NCBI GenBank assembly: GCA_963664405.1
Contig: OY761158.1
Span: 4,288,001-4,352,000 of the forward strand
Reading direction: 5' to 3'
Length of the DNA: 64,000 nt
Origin: Thermoanaerobaculia bacterium
GTDB taxonomy: Bacteria; Acidobacteriota; Thermoanaerobaculia; Multivoradales; Multivoraceae
Shown: piece by piece, positions 39,359 through 50,834 of the stretch
How positions within the stretch are numbered: the stretch's first letter is position 1
Layout of the letters: the number at the start of each line of letters is the position of its first letter
Position numbers and translations under genes: made by a program
Notes under the pieces: model-generated
Seen by the model: only the letters and a program-made list of their open reading frames with translations
What the model was told of the DNA's origin: nothing
Databases searched by the model: none

Positions 39359-40897
39359 CTACGGCAGCTTCGGCTCTAGGGGCTTGCCGGTCTCGTCGTT
39401 GGGGTAAACCGCGTCCTGGACTTCCAACCCCGTGATCAATCCCTGCATGAGGCGCCGGAGGACGGCCGGTTCGGACTCGGCGAGGTTGGTTTGCTCGAAA
39501 GGGTCACGAGCGAGGTTGAAGAGCTGGTAGTGGCCGCCTTCGATTTGGAAGTATCCGCCGTTGGCCGGGATCTCCGGTAGGAAGTGGTAGATCACTTTCC
39601 AATCCCCGTCGCGCCAGGTGGTGAAGTAGTTGCTCCGGTGCGGGCCGTGGGGGTAGTGCATCAGAAACTGTTCCGCGCGCGAGATGTCCGGATCTCCTGT
39701 CAGTAAGGTGTCGAGCCGCGATCCGTCGATTGCGTGGTTAGGCGGCACGGTGCCGCCGGCGAGCGCGAGGATGGTTGGAAATAGGTCATAGACCGCGGCC
39801 AACTGGCTTTGGATCTTGCCCGTGCCGATGGGGAGCCTCTTCTGGAAGGCGTTGTCCGGATCGGCCTCCGCCCAGGCGGCGATGAAGGGAACGCGCATGC
39901 CGCCTTCGTAATGGGTGCCTTTCTTTCCTCGCAGGGGCGCGGCGCAGGCGACTTCGTGCTGGTGACCGAGCGGCGCGTCGGAGCCGTTGTCGCCGAGGAA
40001 GAGAACCAGGGTGTTGTCCGCCACTCCGAGCTTCTCGAAGTGGTCGAGCATGTCGCCGAGCGACTTGTCCATGCCTTCGACCATGGTGGCGAAGGCCCGG
40101 GCCGCTTCCGGCTTTCCGGAATCGGTGTAATTGGCGGCGAAGCGCGGATCGGAGTGGAAGGGTGCGTGGACGGCGTAATGCGGAAAGTAGAGGTAGAAGG
40201 GCTCTCTGTCTTCGACGCTTTGTGTCACTTTCCTTTTTGCTTCGAGGGTGAGCGCTTCGGTGAGGAAGGTCTTGGTACCGTGATACTCCTCGAGGTTCGG
40301 GACGGCCCTGTTTTCGCGGTCGGTCCCGAGGCCGTAGTTGTCCTCGGCGTAGTAGCTGCCGGGCGCGCCGAAGGCACCGGCGGCGATTGCGACGTCGAAG
40401 CCGAGGTGCCCCGGGTCGGCGCCTTCGGTCTCTTCCGGACCGAAGTGGCCCTTGCCGACATGAATGGTGCGATATCCCTGTTGGCGAAGCAGACCTGGCA
40501 GAGTGACGTCGCCTTCCTCCAATCCCTCCCAGTTCCAATCGGACGGTCCGCGGGAACCGGCGTTATTGGTCCACGCATTGATCCAGTTGGTGGTGCGATG
40601 ACGAGCGGCATTCTGCCCGGTCATGATCGAGACTCGCGTCGGCGAGCACACGCTCATCGCGTAGAAGCTGTTGAAGCGGATTCCTCGTTCAGCGAGCCGC
40701 TCCATCGAGGGCGTTCGGTAGTAATTGTTGAGGGGATAGCGTTTCGGCTTTCCCGCCTCGTCGGTCAGAAAGGGCACCGAAGTATCCATGACGCCCATGT
40801 CGTCGACAAGAAAGAGCATGATGTTGGGTCGATCCGCGCCCACGACAGAAGCCGTGGAGAGAAAGGCGCAGGCGAGCAGTTGACAGAGGGACTTCAC
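39359..40897 (-). CDS. Secreted sulfatase
   Basis: PNIMLFLVDDMG, CSPTR, GKGHFG, YEGGMRVP. Confidence 0.92.
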   Translation of the reverse strand: MKSLCQLLACAFLSTASVVGADRPNIMLFLVDDMGVMDTSVPFLTDEAGKPKRYPLNNYYRTPSMERLAERGIRFNSFYAMSVCSPTRVSIMTGQNAARHRTTNWINAWTNNAGSRGPSDWNWEGLEEGDVTLPGLLRQQGYRTIHVGKGHFGPEETEGADPGHLGFDVAIAAGAFGAPGSYYAEDNYGLGTDRENRAVPNLEEYHGTKTFLTEALTLEAKRKVTQSVEDREPFYLYFPHYAVHAPFHSDPRFAANYTDSGKPEAARAFATMVEGMDKSLGDMLDHFEKLGVADNTLVLFLGDNGSDAPLGHQHEVACAAPLRGKKGTHYEGGMRVPFIAAWAEADPDNAFQKRLPIGTGKIQSQLAAVYDLFPTILALAGGTVPPNHAIDGSRLDTLLTGDPDISRAEQFLMHYPHGPHRSNYFTTWRDGDWKVIYHFLPEIPANGGYFQIEGGHYQLFNLARDPFEQTNLAESEPAVLRRLMQGLITGLEVQDAVYPNDETGKPLEPKLP

Positions 40898-41366
40898 AGC
40901 TCGTTGCAGGTTATCGGAAGATGACGCTGCGTTCGCGCGCGACTCGACTTGGTGCAGGGCTAATCGGAGGGTAGACAGAGAGTGAGAGCCGAAAACCGAG
41001 CTGCAAGGTTATCTCTGGTTTTCCGTCTTCTTATGGTAAGCGAAGACAAGCGCGCTGTCGGGTCGAGTACGTGAAGAACTCACCCGGTACTGAGTCGGTT
41101 CCTCCGACTCGGCTGCCGAGTTGGCCCTGCTTCCGGGCCAAGATCGTTTTCCGGAGTCCCGGTTGCCTCTCAGGCCACCGAGGTCGGTTGTCCATCCGGC
41201 CTCTGGGTCGCCGACACCGGTTCTTCGGCGTACCGATTCGCCCTGCGTCTTGCCGCTGAGGCCGCGGCCGGCGATTCTTGCCGATTAGCCCTGCACTCTT
41301 TCCCGAAGCGGCTACGATAGTGCTCGTCAGCGGCTTCGCACAAACAGACTGGGAGGATAAACCGAG

Positions 41367-42179
41367 ATGGATCTTGTTAACTGGCAGAGGCTGTTCGAGG
41401 GCTTGGGCGACTTCGGTATCGCACTCGCCAGGAGTGTCATCGTCTTCTTCGTGCTGCGCGTGATCGCCAAGATCACACTGAGGTTGCTCATCAAGGTGCT
41501 GCAGCGTGGGCACACCGACGAGATGCTGATCGGGTTCGCGAGGTCGATCGGCAACGCCTTTCTTATGCTCATCGTCGTGATCGCGTCTCTCAACGCCCTA
41601 GGCGTCGATACGACCTCGCTCATTGCGATCCTCGCGACCGCCGGGTTGGCTGTCGGCCTGGCCCTTCAGGACTCGATGAAAAACTTTGCCTCCGGCGTTC
41701 TGCTGCTGATCTTCAAGCCGTTCAACAAGGGCGACTACATCGAGGCCGGTGGGACGGACGGCGTGGTGCAGACAATCAGCCTGTTTTCGACATTGATGCT
41801 CACCTTTGACAACAGGGAGGTCATTGTCCCGAACGGCGCGATCTGGGGCGGCGTCATCACCAACTACAGCGCCAGAGATACCCGCCGCGTCGACATGGTC
41901 TTTGGCATCGGCTACGGCGACGACCTCGCTCGGGCCCGGACGGTCATCGACGATATTCTGTCCGCCGACGAGCGAATCCTCGCCGATCCGGCACCCTGGG
42001 TTGCGGTGTCGGAGCTCGCCGACTCGAGCGTCAAGTTCATCGTCAGACCGTGGGTGAAGAGCGAGGATTACTGGTCAGTCAAGTTCGATCTCACCGAACG
42101 GATCAAGCTCGCATTCGACGAGGGCGGTGTCTCGATTCCGTTCCCGCAGATGGACGTCCACATGAGCAAAGTCGCCTAA
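41367..42179 (+). CDS. mscS: Small-conductance mechanosensitive channel
   Basis: AGLAVGLALQ, NFASG, PNG, ELADSSV, IPFPQMD. Confidence 0.9.
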   Translation: MDLVNWQRLFEGLGDFGIALARSVIVFFVLRVIAKITLRLLIKVLQRGHTDEMLIGFARSIGNAFLMLIVVIASLNALGVDTTSLIAILATAGLAVGLALQDSMKNFASGVLLLIFKPFNKGDYIEAGGTDGVVQTISLFSTLMLTFDNREVIVPNGAIWGGVITNYSARDTRRVDMVFGIGYGDDLARARTVIDDILSADERILADPAPWVAVSELADSSVKFIVRPWVKSEDYWSVKFDLTERIKLAFDEGGVSIPFPQMDVHMSKVA

Positions 42180-42215
42180 AGGCGCCGCGCATGATTACTT
42201 TCGCCCTTGTCACGC

Positions 42216-42767
42216 CTACCCCAGAAAGCCCTTGGCTTCTTCGATCTCTACCCGGCGCCCGCTATCGCCGACCAACTCGAGAACCTCGGTGTAGTACTTG
42301 ACCGCACTCGGCCGATCGCCTGCCCTCGCCGCCGCACGGGCTGCCCCAAGCTGCGAGTGGAAACGACGAGGCCAGGCGGCGAGAGACGACTCGTATGCGC
42401 GATACGCGTCCGCCGGTCTGCCCATCTCGAGTAGGAGGTCGCCGAGGAGCTCGTAGGCCGGCTGCAAGGCGCCAGGAGTCACCGGGTGTTTCTGGGTCGC
42501 AGCTTCACGCTCGGCCGCGCTACGCATATGGCGCAGCGCCTCTCCACTACGGCCCTCGCCGTGGGCGATCCAAGCGGAAACGGCCAGGCTACTGATCTCG
42601 ATCTGCTCCGTGAAGTAGGCCTCTCCCGCCGCCTCGGCAACTCTCGCCAAGGCTTCCAGCCGCTCCACGGCGGCGCGCGCAGCCCCGAGGTCACCGGTTC
42701 TCACCGCACCCAGGCCCTTGGCAAACTGGGTGATGGCTTCGGGCCACGGGGAGGCACGCGATAGCAT
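42216..42767 (-). pseudogene. C-terminal fragment of a TPR-like protein
   Basis: KHPVTPG..PAYELLGDLLLE, PRRF..LGAARAA; no credible N-terminus. Confidence 0.55.
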
Positions 42768-42842
42768 CGGGATCAGGATCTCATGGGCGGGTATGACCCG
42801 TAGGGGGAATCGCCGCCGAGGGCGACTTAGTAGACTCGCGAC

Positions 42843-44384
42843 ATGGACATATCGCTACGACGTTGCCGGAAGATTCTCTCGAGCGCTGGGGCGCTCGCTA
42901 TTTCCTTCCTTGCACCTGTCTCGGCGCAGTCGGACGAAGGTTCGCCACGCATCACCCATGGAGTGGCGATCGGCGAGGTGAGCGCGGGCTCGGCGGTGAT
43001 CTGGAGTCGGGCTGATCGCGATGCCTCGATGGTCGTGGAGGTCGACCTCGACCCGGCCTTTGCTTCGCCACACACCGCGCGGGTGGAGGCTGGCGCAGAT
43101 ACAGATTGGACTGCACAGGCGCTGATCGCGGGCCTCGAGCCGGCGTCGCGATACCACTTCCGAGTCTGGTTCGAGACCGAGGGCAAGCGCTCCGCAGTGG
43201 ACGGCGGTACCTTCCGGAGCGCACCAGCAGCGAACGACGCCAGGCCGATACGTTTTGTGTGGAGCGGAGATCTTGGCGGCCAAAACTACTGTCGCCATGT
43301 CGACCACGGCTACCGCATCTTCGACGCCATGGCCGACCTCGACCCGCATTTTTTCGTCGCCAACGGCGACATGATCTATGCCGACAATGGCTGCCCGGCC
43401 GTAGGCCCCGAACCGGGCTGGCGCAATCTCCCTGGCGAATTTCTCGGTGTCGGGTCGCAAGACCTGGACTGGAACGACTTCGCCGGCTTGCGCGAGGCTT
43501 TCCTGGGTCATTGGCGGTACAACCGAGCCGATCCGGCCTTCCTGGCATTCAACCGGCATGTCCCTATGATTGTGCAGTGGGACGACCACGAAGTGATCAA
43601 CGACTTCGGAGCGTCCTGGTCAGGCTGGAGTCGAGATCAGAGTCGCGAGGGCTACGGGAACCTGGTGCGTGCCGGCCTGACTTCGTTTTTCGACTTCCAC
43701 CCGTTCGCGCGCCATCCCGACCAGGAGTTTCGCATCTACCGATCCTTTTCCTGGGGATCGGAAGTCGACCTCTTCATTCTCGATGCCCGCTCCTACCGTA
43801 GCCCGAACACTCTCGTCGATGACCCAGCGGGCGAGAAGACGATGCTCGGCCGCGACCAGCTCGACTGGTTGCTAGAAGCGCTGCGCGCTTCCTCAGCGAC
43901 CTGGAAGATCGTCTCCTCCGACGTGCCTCTGGCGATTCCGACCGGGAGTCAGGCGGAGCTCTACGGCAGCGACGCCTTTGCCGCGGGGGACCGCGATCCC
44001 GCCTCGTCGCGCACCGGCTTTCAGCGCGAGCTCGACACCATCGTCGCAAGGCTCGATGCCGATGACGTAGAGAATGTCGTCTTCATCACCACCGACGTCC
44101 ATTTGGCTGCGCAGTTTCGCTACGACATCGACGCCGACGGTGACGGCGATTCCGTGGTCTTTCACGAGCTCGTGTCGGGCCCGCTCAATGCGGGCCGCTC
44201 ACCGGCTCTGACGCGGCTCGACGCGACCCTGCGACCAACGGTGCTCTACGCAGAGGGCGATATCTTCAATTTCGGCTTCGTTCGCACCGAGCTCAGGGCG
44301 GACGGGGCCCATCTACTCGTCGACATCCGAGACGATCTAGGCCACATCAGACCAGGATCTCGATTGGATCTTGCGCCCGAATAG
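42843..44384 (+). CDS. PhoD-family alkaline phosphatase
   Basis: HGVAIGEV..IWSR, GDMIYAD, WDDHEV, LDARSYR, DVH. Confidence 0.88.
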   Translation: MDISLRRCRKILSSAGALAISFLAPVSAQSDEGSPRITHGVAIGEVSAGSAVIWSRADRDASMVVEVDLDPAFASPHTARVEAGADTDWTAQALIAGLEPASRYHFRVWFETEGKRSAVDGGTFRSAPAANDARPIRFVWSGDLGGQNYCRHVDHGYRIFDAMADLDPHFFVANGDMIYADNGCPAVGPEPGWRNLPGEFLGVGSQDLDWNDFAGLREAFLGHWRYNRADPAFLAFNRHVPMIVQWDDHEVINDFGASWSGWSRDQSREGYGNLVRAGLTSFFDFHPFARHPDQEFRIYRSFSWGSEVDLFILDARSYRSPNTLVDDPAGEKTMLGRDQLDWLLEALRASSATWKIVSSDVPLAIPTGSQAELYGSDAFAAGDRDPASSRTGFQRELDTIVARLDADDVENVVFITTDVHLAAQFRYDIDADGDGDSVVFHELVSGPLNAGRSPALTRLDATLRPTVLYAEGDIFNFGFVRTELRADGAHLLVDIRDDLGHIRPGSRLDLAPE

Positions 44385-44443
44385 TCGAAGCGGCTCAGTC
44401 GCTCGCGGGCTAGACCAGCCCTGATACCTCTGGAAATCGACTC

Positions 44444-45562
44444 ATGACACGAACTCGAATCTTGTTCACACCCCCGACTCTCTTGGCAGTCGCCTTGCTC
44501 GCTCTTACCCTGCCCGTCTCCTCCCAGCCGGAACCCGGAGCCGCCGGCAGCGGATCGGGCCAGCCTATTGGAGAGGCCCTCTTCGCCCGCGACTGTGCTG
44601 GTTGCCACGAGGGGGAGGGCAAGTCGCAGGGACCGAGCCTGGCGGCTCTGCAGCAGATGGGCTCCGACCAGGTGATGACCTCGCTCACTTCCGGCAAGAT
44701 GATGGAGCAGGCCGAGGGTCTATCTCCGGCCCAGATCCTCGCGATCGTCAGCTACCTGGCCGGCGGCAAGAGCGAAGCTGAAGACGCCATGCCGGCGATC
44801 GACTTGACGACGGGCGCCGTGCGCTGGTCGTTTCAAGGTACCCGGAACGATGCCTGGAATATGGCCTGTGGTCGCCGGGGTCCCAACTGTCCGCGTGAGG
44901 ACGGTCCCGATTTCGATTTCGGTGCGGCACCAGTACTGGCTACCTCATCGTCTGGAAGACAGATCCTCGTTGCCGGCCAGAAGTCCGGCGAAGTTCACGC
45001 GCTCGACCCTGATACGGGCAAGGTTTTCTGGCAGAACCGCTTGGGCGTGGGCTCGCCCCTGGGCGGCGTTCACTGGGGAATGACCATCGCCGGTGACCGA
45101 GTCTTCGTGCCCATCGCCGACCCTCCGAATAATCCCGAGTCGCGCCCGGGTGTGTACGCGCTCGATCTCGAGAGCGGCGAGCTGCTCTGGACCTACAAAG
45201 CGGAGCGGGGCTGCGAGCTCGATCTCGTCAAGCTGCGCGCCGCGAAGACACCGTGGCCGGAGTGCCCGGTGCAATACAGTTTCTCGGCCGCTCCGATGTC
45301 CAGCCCCGACGTGGTGTTCGCCGGGGCTCTGAGTGGCAAGGTGTTCGCGTTCTCCGCCGAGAGCGGCGAGATTCTCTGGCAGGACCACACCGTGAGGCCT
45401 TACGACTCGATCAACGGAATCCCGGCCCACGGCGGCGCGATCGACAGCTCGGGCGTACAGCTTGCCGATGACATGCTCTTTGTGCAGTCGGGCTACAGCT
45501 ATTTTGGTCAGATTCCGGGTAACGCGCTGATCGCCTACCGCACGAGCGCTTCAGGCGAGTAG
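44444..45562 (+). pseudogene. Cytochrome c + PQQ dehydrogenase (PVA-dehydrogenase-like) with large in-frame internal deletion
   Basis: CAGCH heme motif then jumps at ~44790 to AIDLTTG..W, DFDFG, GQKSG, GGVHWG; only 372 aa. Confidence 0.65.
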
Positions 45563-45575
45563 TGCCCAGCCGCGG

Positions 45576-46196
45576 CTAGACGATCGGGATCATGCAGTGC
45601 TTTCGGAAGGCCGGCCGCTCACTGAGTCTTCGGTACCAGTCCTCGAGATGCTTCATCGGAGGCCGATCGTCGACCAGCTCGAACCAGCGGTGCGCTTGCG
45701 GCCCGAGCGGAATGTCGGCCATGGTGAAGGTGTCACCGACTACATAGGCGCTGCTGGCGAGATGTCGGTCGAGTAGGCCCCAAACCGTGTAGCCGCGCTC
45801 GATCCCTCGCCGGATGGCATCTAGATCACGATCCTCCTCCGGCGTCCGAACCAGTCCCCAGAAGATCGGCGTCATCATCGACATCACTGTTGTCAGCCGC
45901 CAGTCCATCCACTGCTCGGCAAGAGCGCGCTGGTGCGGGTCGCTCGGGCAGAGCGAGCCCAGTCCGTGCTTGGAGCACAGGTAGCGGGTGATCGCGCTCG
46001 ACTCCCAGAGCACGAAACCGTCATCGATGAGGGTGGGTACCAGCCCGTTGGGATTCTTTTCGAGGTACTGCTGCTGATCGTTGCCGCCGAACGGGCCGCC
46101 GATGTCGACTTGCTCGTAGTCGAGCCCGAGCTCGTCTGCCGCCCACAGGGGCAACATCACGTTGGCGGAAGTTCGCCGCCCTAGAATGGTGAGAAT
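45576..46196 (-). CDS. Glutathione S-transferase family protein (apparent ATT start)
   Basis: ILGRRTSANV, NPNGLVP, LWESSAI, FTMADI. Confidence 0.85.
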   Translation of the reverse strand: MLTILGRRTSANVMLPLWAADELGLDYEQVDIGGPFGGNDQQQYLEKNPNGLVPTLIDDGFVLWESSAITRYLCSKHGLGSLCPSDPHQRALAEQWMDWRLTTVMSMMTPIFWGLVRTPEEDRDLDAIRRGIERGYTVWGLLDRHLASSAYVVGDTFTMADIPLGPQAHRWFELVDDRPPMKHLEDWYRRLSERPAFRKHCMIPIV

Positions 46197-46211
46197 GGTA
46201 AGGCCTCCTTT

Positions 46212-46600
46212 TTAGGCTTCGTTGGTGGAATCTAGCGCTGAGTCAGAATGCGCCAGCGCCCTCTTTGCCTCGGCCATGAAACTCAGGTTGTTCCATCGGT
46301 GGTAGGGCTGATCGTGGCGCGAGCCGGGCCGGGTGATGATCGAAAGGGTGTCGATCGGCATCCTGCCGTGGAGCCAGACGATCTTCTCTTGGAGAATACA
46401 GGAGAGACCAGTTTCCCGGCAGGCCGCTCTGAAGCCCTCGGCGGTGCCTCTCTCCGAGCGCCAGCCGGAGAGGTTGATCAGGTGGCGATTGAGCGCGCAT
46501 TGCAGTCTCATCGGCATCCTTCGAACCCACCGCGCCAGGCCGGCGAAATGGCCTGGATTGGAGTGGTGGACAAAGGCGACACCGTCGAATTCCCGCGTGC
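46212..46600 (-). pseudogene. Gene fragment, possibly the C-terminal part of a class I methyltransferase
   Basis: AFVHHSN, CILQEKI.W, DTLSII; no N-terminal SAM motif. Confidence 0.35.
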
Positions 46601-46611
46601 CGCCCTCGCCA

Positions 46612-47400
46612 TTACGCCAGCGGCGCCTGGCCTCCGTCGATAGAGAAGGAGACACCGTTCACATAGGAGGAGGCTTTCGAGCACAGGAACAGAATTACCG
46701 CCGCGACCTCCTCCGCGGTGCCGTAGCGCCCGACAGGAACACTCTTGCTGTTGTCGGCGAACACGTCTTCGGCGGAACCGCCACGGGCCTCGGAGATCTC
46801 CCTCGCTGCGCCCTCCCACATCTCGGTCCGGATGAGGCCAGGCAGCACGGAATTCACCAACACCTGATCGCGACCGTATTTGCCCGCCAGGGCCTTGCCG
46901 GCGGCGACCATGGCTGCCTTGGATGCGCCGTAGTCGATCAGTGCCGCGCCCGGGTAGCGGGCTGCGTTACTCGCCACCATCACCACCCGCCCCCACTTCT
47001 TTTTTCTCATCGCAGGGAGGCAGCGCCGGGTGCACCGCACTGCGGACATCAGATTGAGCTGGAACAGATCGGCCCAGTCATCATCGCTCATGTAGAGGAA
47101 GTTGCGGGACGGGCCCGCCCCCACATTGTTGACGAGGATGTCAGTGGACCCCTCGGCCTCTACCGCATCGAGAAAGTCGTTTACCGACTCTGCTTTGCCC
47201 ATGTCGGCCGCGTAGCCACGGACGCTCCCTCCGCCGGACGGCGGCTGATAACCGTCGAGTGCCTTGACGCCCTCTTCGCTACGCGCACAGAAGGCGACAG
47301 CTGCACCGTGATCGGCTAGTAGCCGTACCGAGGCGGCGCCGATACCCACACTTGCACCGGTAACGATGGCGCGGTAGCCCGTGAGATCCAGATCTAGCAT
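46612..47400 (-). CDS. SDR family oxidoreductase
   Basis: TGASVGIG, LVNNVG, YGASK, IDGG. Confidence 0.92.
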   Translation of the reverse strand: MLDLDLTGYRAIVTGASVGIGAASVRLLADHGAAVAFCARSEEGVKALDGYQPPSGGGSVRGYAADMGKAESVNDFLDAVEAEGSTDILVNNVGAGPSRNFLYMSDDDWADLFQLNLMSAVRCTRRCLPAMRKKKWGRVVMVASNAARYPGAALIDYGASKAAMVAAGKALAGKYGRDQVLVNSVLPGLIRTEMWEGAAREISEARGGSAEDVFADNSKSVPVGRYGTAEEVAAVILFLCSKASSYVNGVSFSIDGGQAPLA

Positions 47401-47540
47401 TTTCGTCTCTCCCTCTTGTGCCGGTTCTCGAGCTTGCCATTATCTCTGAATCACGGACGACTCTGCCCAAAAGGGGCGGTGTGGGGAGTGTCGGCTCCAT
47501 GTTAGGGTCGCTTTTCGATCCACCGACACTGGAGGCGCTC

Positions 47541-48826
<1,286 letters not shown>

Positions 48827-48827
<1 letters not shown>

Positions 48828-50831
48828 GGTCGGCGCGGAAATAAGTTTCCAGTATCTGGGGTGACCATACCACTGCCCCCTTCTTCAGCCACCGCATAAT
48901 CCTCCGGTACGCGCCTTGTTTGCAAGGTTTAGAGCTAGCATAGCCCTGCCCGCATTTGGTATAGTTTTCCCTGTCACCTCTTTTGGAAGGGGAACTATAC
49001 CAAATGGTACGAGCCGAAGATCGTGATGCAACAGTGCGCGAGCTCTTGATGAGCGAACAGATGGCCACCATGGATGAGCTCAAGGACGCCATGGGAACCC
49101 GAGCCACCATGACGGTCTACCGTTCGCTGTCTCGATTGGGCTATTTGGCCAGCTACTCGGATCGAGGGCGGTTCTATACCTTGAACGAGATTCCCGATTT
49201 CGACGATCTGGGTTTGTGGTCGTGCGGTTCGGCGAGGTTCAGTCGGCATGGCAGCCTCCTCGAAACTGCGGTGGCTGCCGTGGACCGGTCCGCTGCCGGC
49301 TATACGGCTTCTGAACTCGAGCTCCTGCTGCAGGTCGAGGTCAAGCACGCGATGTTGCACCTCGTTCGTCGCAAGAGAATCGTACGATCCAGAGTTGGGA
49401 AGAGGTTCGTATACTTGTGCTCGGAAACAGGGCGCCGTCGTCAGCAGAAGCTGATGCGCAACGAACGGCAGGCTCTCCAGGATGTAGCTGCCAGCCTCGT
49501 TCCAGAAGTGCTCCCCGAGGAGCTCAGGGCTGCCATCGTTTTATTCTTCAGCCTGCTAGACGAACGCCAGCGGCGGCTCTTCGCTGGCCTGGAAGCGACC
49601 AAGCTCGGGCATGGCGGCGACCGGAAGATCGCCGATCTTCTGGACCTGGACCCTCATACAGTCGCAAAAGGACGTCGCGAGCTCTTCGGCGGCTCCGTGG
49701 AGCGCGGAAGAGTTCGAAGAGCAGGCGGTGGCAACCAACGAGTGGAAAAAAAACGCCCGAGATAGTCGATGGAATCCATTCCATACTCGAGGCCGATATA
49801 GCTGGTGATCCCATGTCATCAAAAAGATGGACGCACGAGACCGCTGCAAAGGTGGCCCAATGCCTTGCCGAACGCCTTGACATCATCGTATCGGCTACGG
49901 TGGTGCGTCGATTGCTCGCAGACCTGAACTATTCCCTCAAGAGCAATAGGAAATGTCTGTCTTCGGGGAACTCCCCAGATCGTGATGCACAGTTCAAGGC
50001 CATCAAGCGACTGCGCGAGGATTTCACAAGCGCTGGCGACCCGATCATCAGCGTCGATACGAAGAAGAAGGAGCTGATCGGTCGGTTCAAGAACCAGGGA
50101 CAGACATGGTGCCGCGAGGCCAAGCGGGTCAAGGATCACGACTTCCGGTCCGAAGCTCTCGCCATCGCCTCCCCCTATGGGATCTACGATCTTCAGAGGA
50201 ACTTCGGCGTTCTCGTCCTCGGACAGTCGTCGGACACGCCGGAGTTCGCTGTCAACAGCATCGCGACCTGGTGGCTCAAATACGGTCGATCTCACTATCC
50301 GGCGTCTCAGCGTCTCCTCATTCTTGCCGACAGCGGCGCAAGCAACGGCGCACGGCTTCGAGCCTGGAAGAAGTACCTCCAGGAGAAGCTCGTAGACAAG
50401 TGCGGCCTCATCATCACCGTCGCCCACTATCCAACTGGCACCAGTAAATGGAATCCCATCGAGCACAGGATGTTCAGCGAGATCAGCAAGAACTGGGCCG
50501 GAGTTCCTCTCGAGAGTTTCGAGATCCTCGTCAACCTCGTCCGCAACACGACGACATCCACCGGACTGCGCGTCGAGCCGTGCCGTGATCAACGCCAATA
50601 CCAGAAAGGAGTCAGGGTATCGGACAAGGAAATGCTGCAGCTCGCGGTGGCCAGGAGCGACTTCCTAGGAAAGTGGAACTACACCCTCTCGCCGAGACCG
50701 CGAACCGAGCAGGAAGAGCTTGCCCCACAGCCTGGGCTCAGCTCACCACCACCTCCAATGCAGCGACCGCCCTGTGGCGCCTCGGCCTCACACGCTCCGG
50801 CGATAATGTGAAGTTATTTCCGCGCCGACCC
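48827..50831 (+). mobile_element. ISAzo13-family IS, copy 1
   Basis: 18-bp perfect TIR GGGTCGGCGCGGAAATAA, flanked by TTA. Confidence 0.88.
49004..50811 (+). CDS. ISAzo13-family transposase, -1 frameshift at A8 (49746-49753)
   Basis: LDERQRRLFAG, RRAGGG, GDPMS..WT, ISVDTKKKE, ADSG, SKWNPIEHR. Confidence 0.85.
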
Positions 50832-50834
50832 TTA

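Noticed and set aside
40900-41360. Possible small gene or ncRNA between sulfatase and mscS
   Set aside because: No recognisable motif, RBS-linked ORF or clear structure
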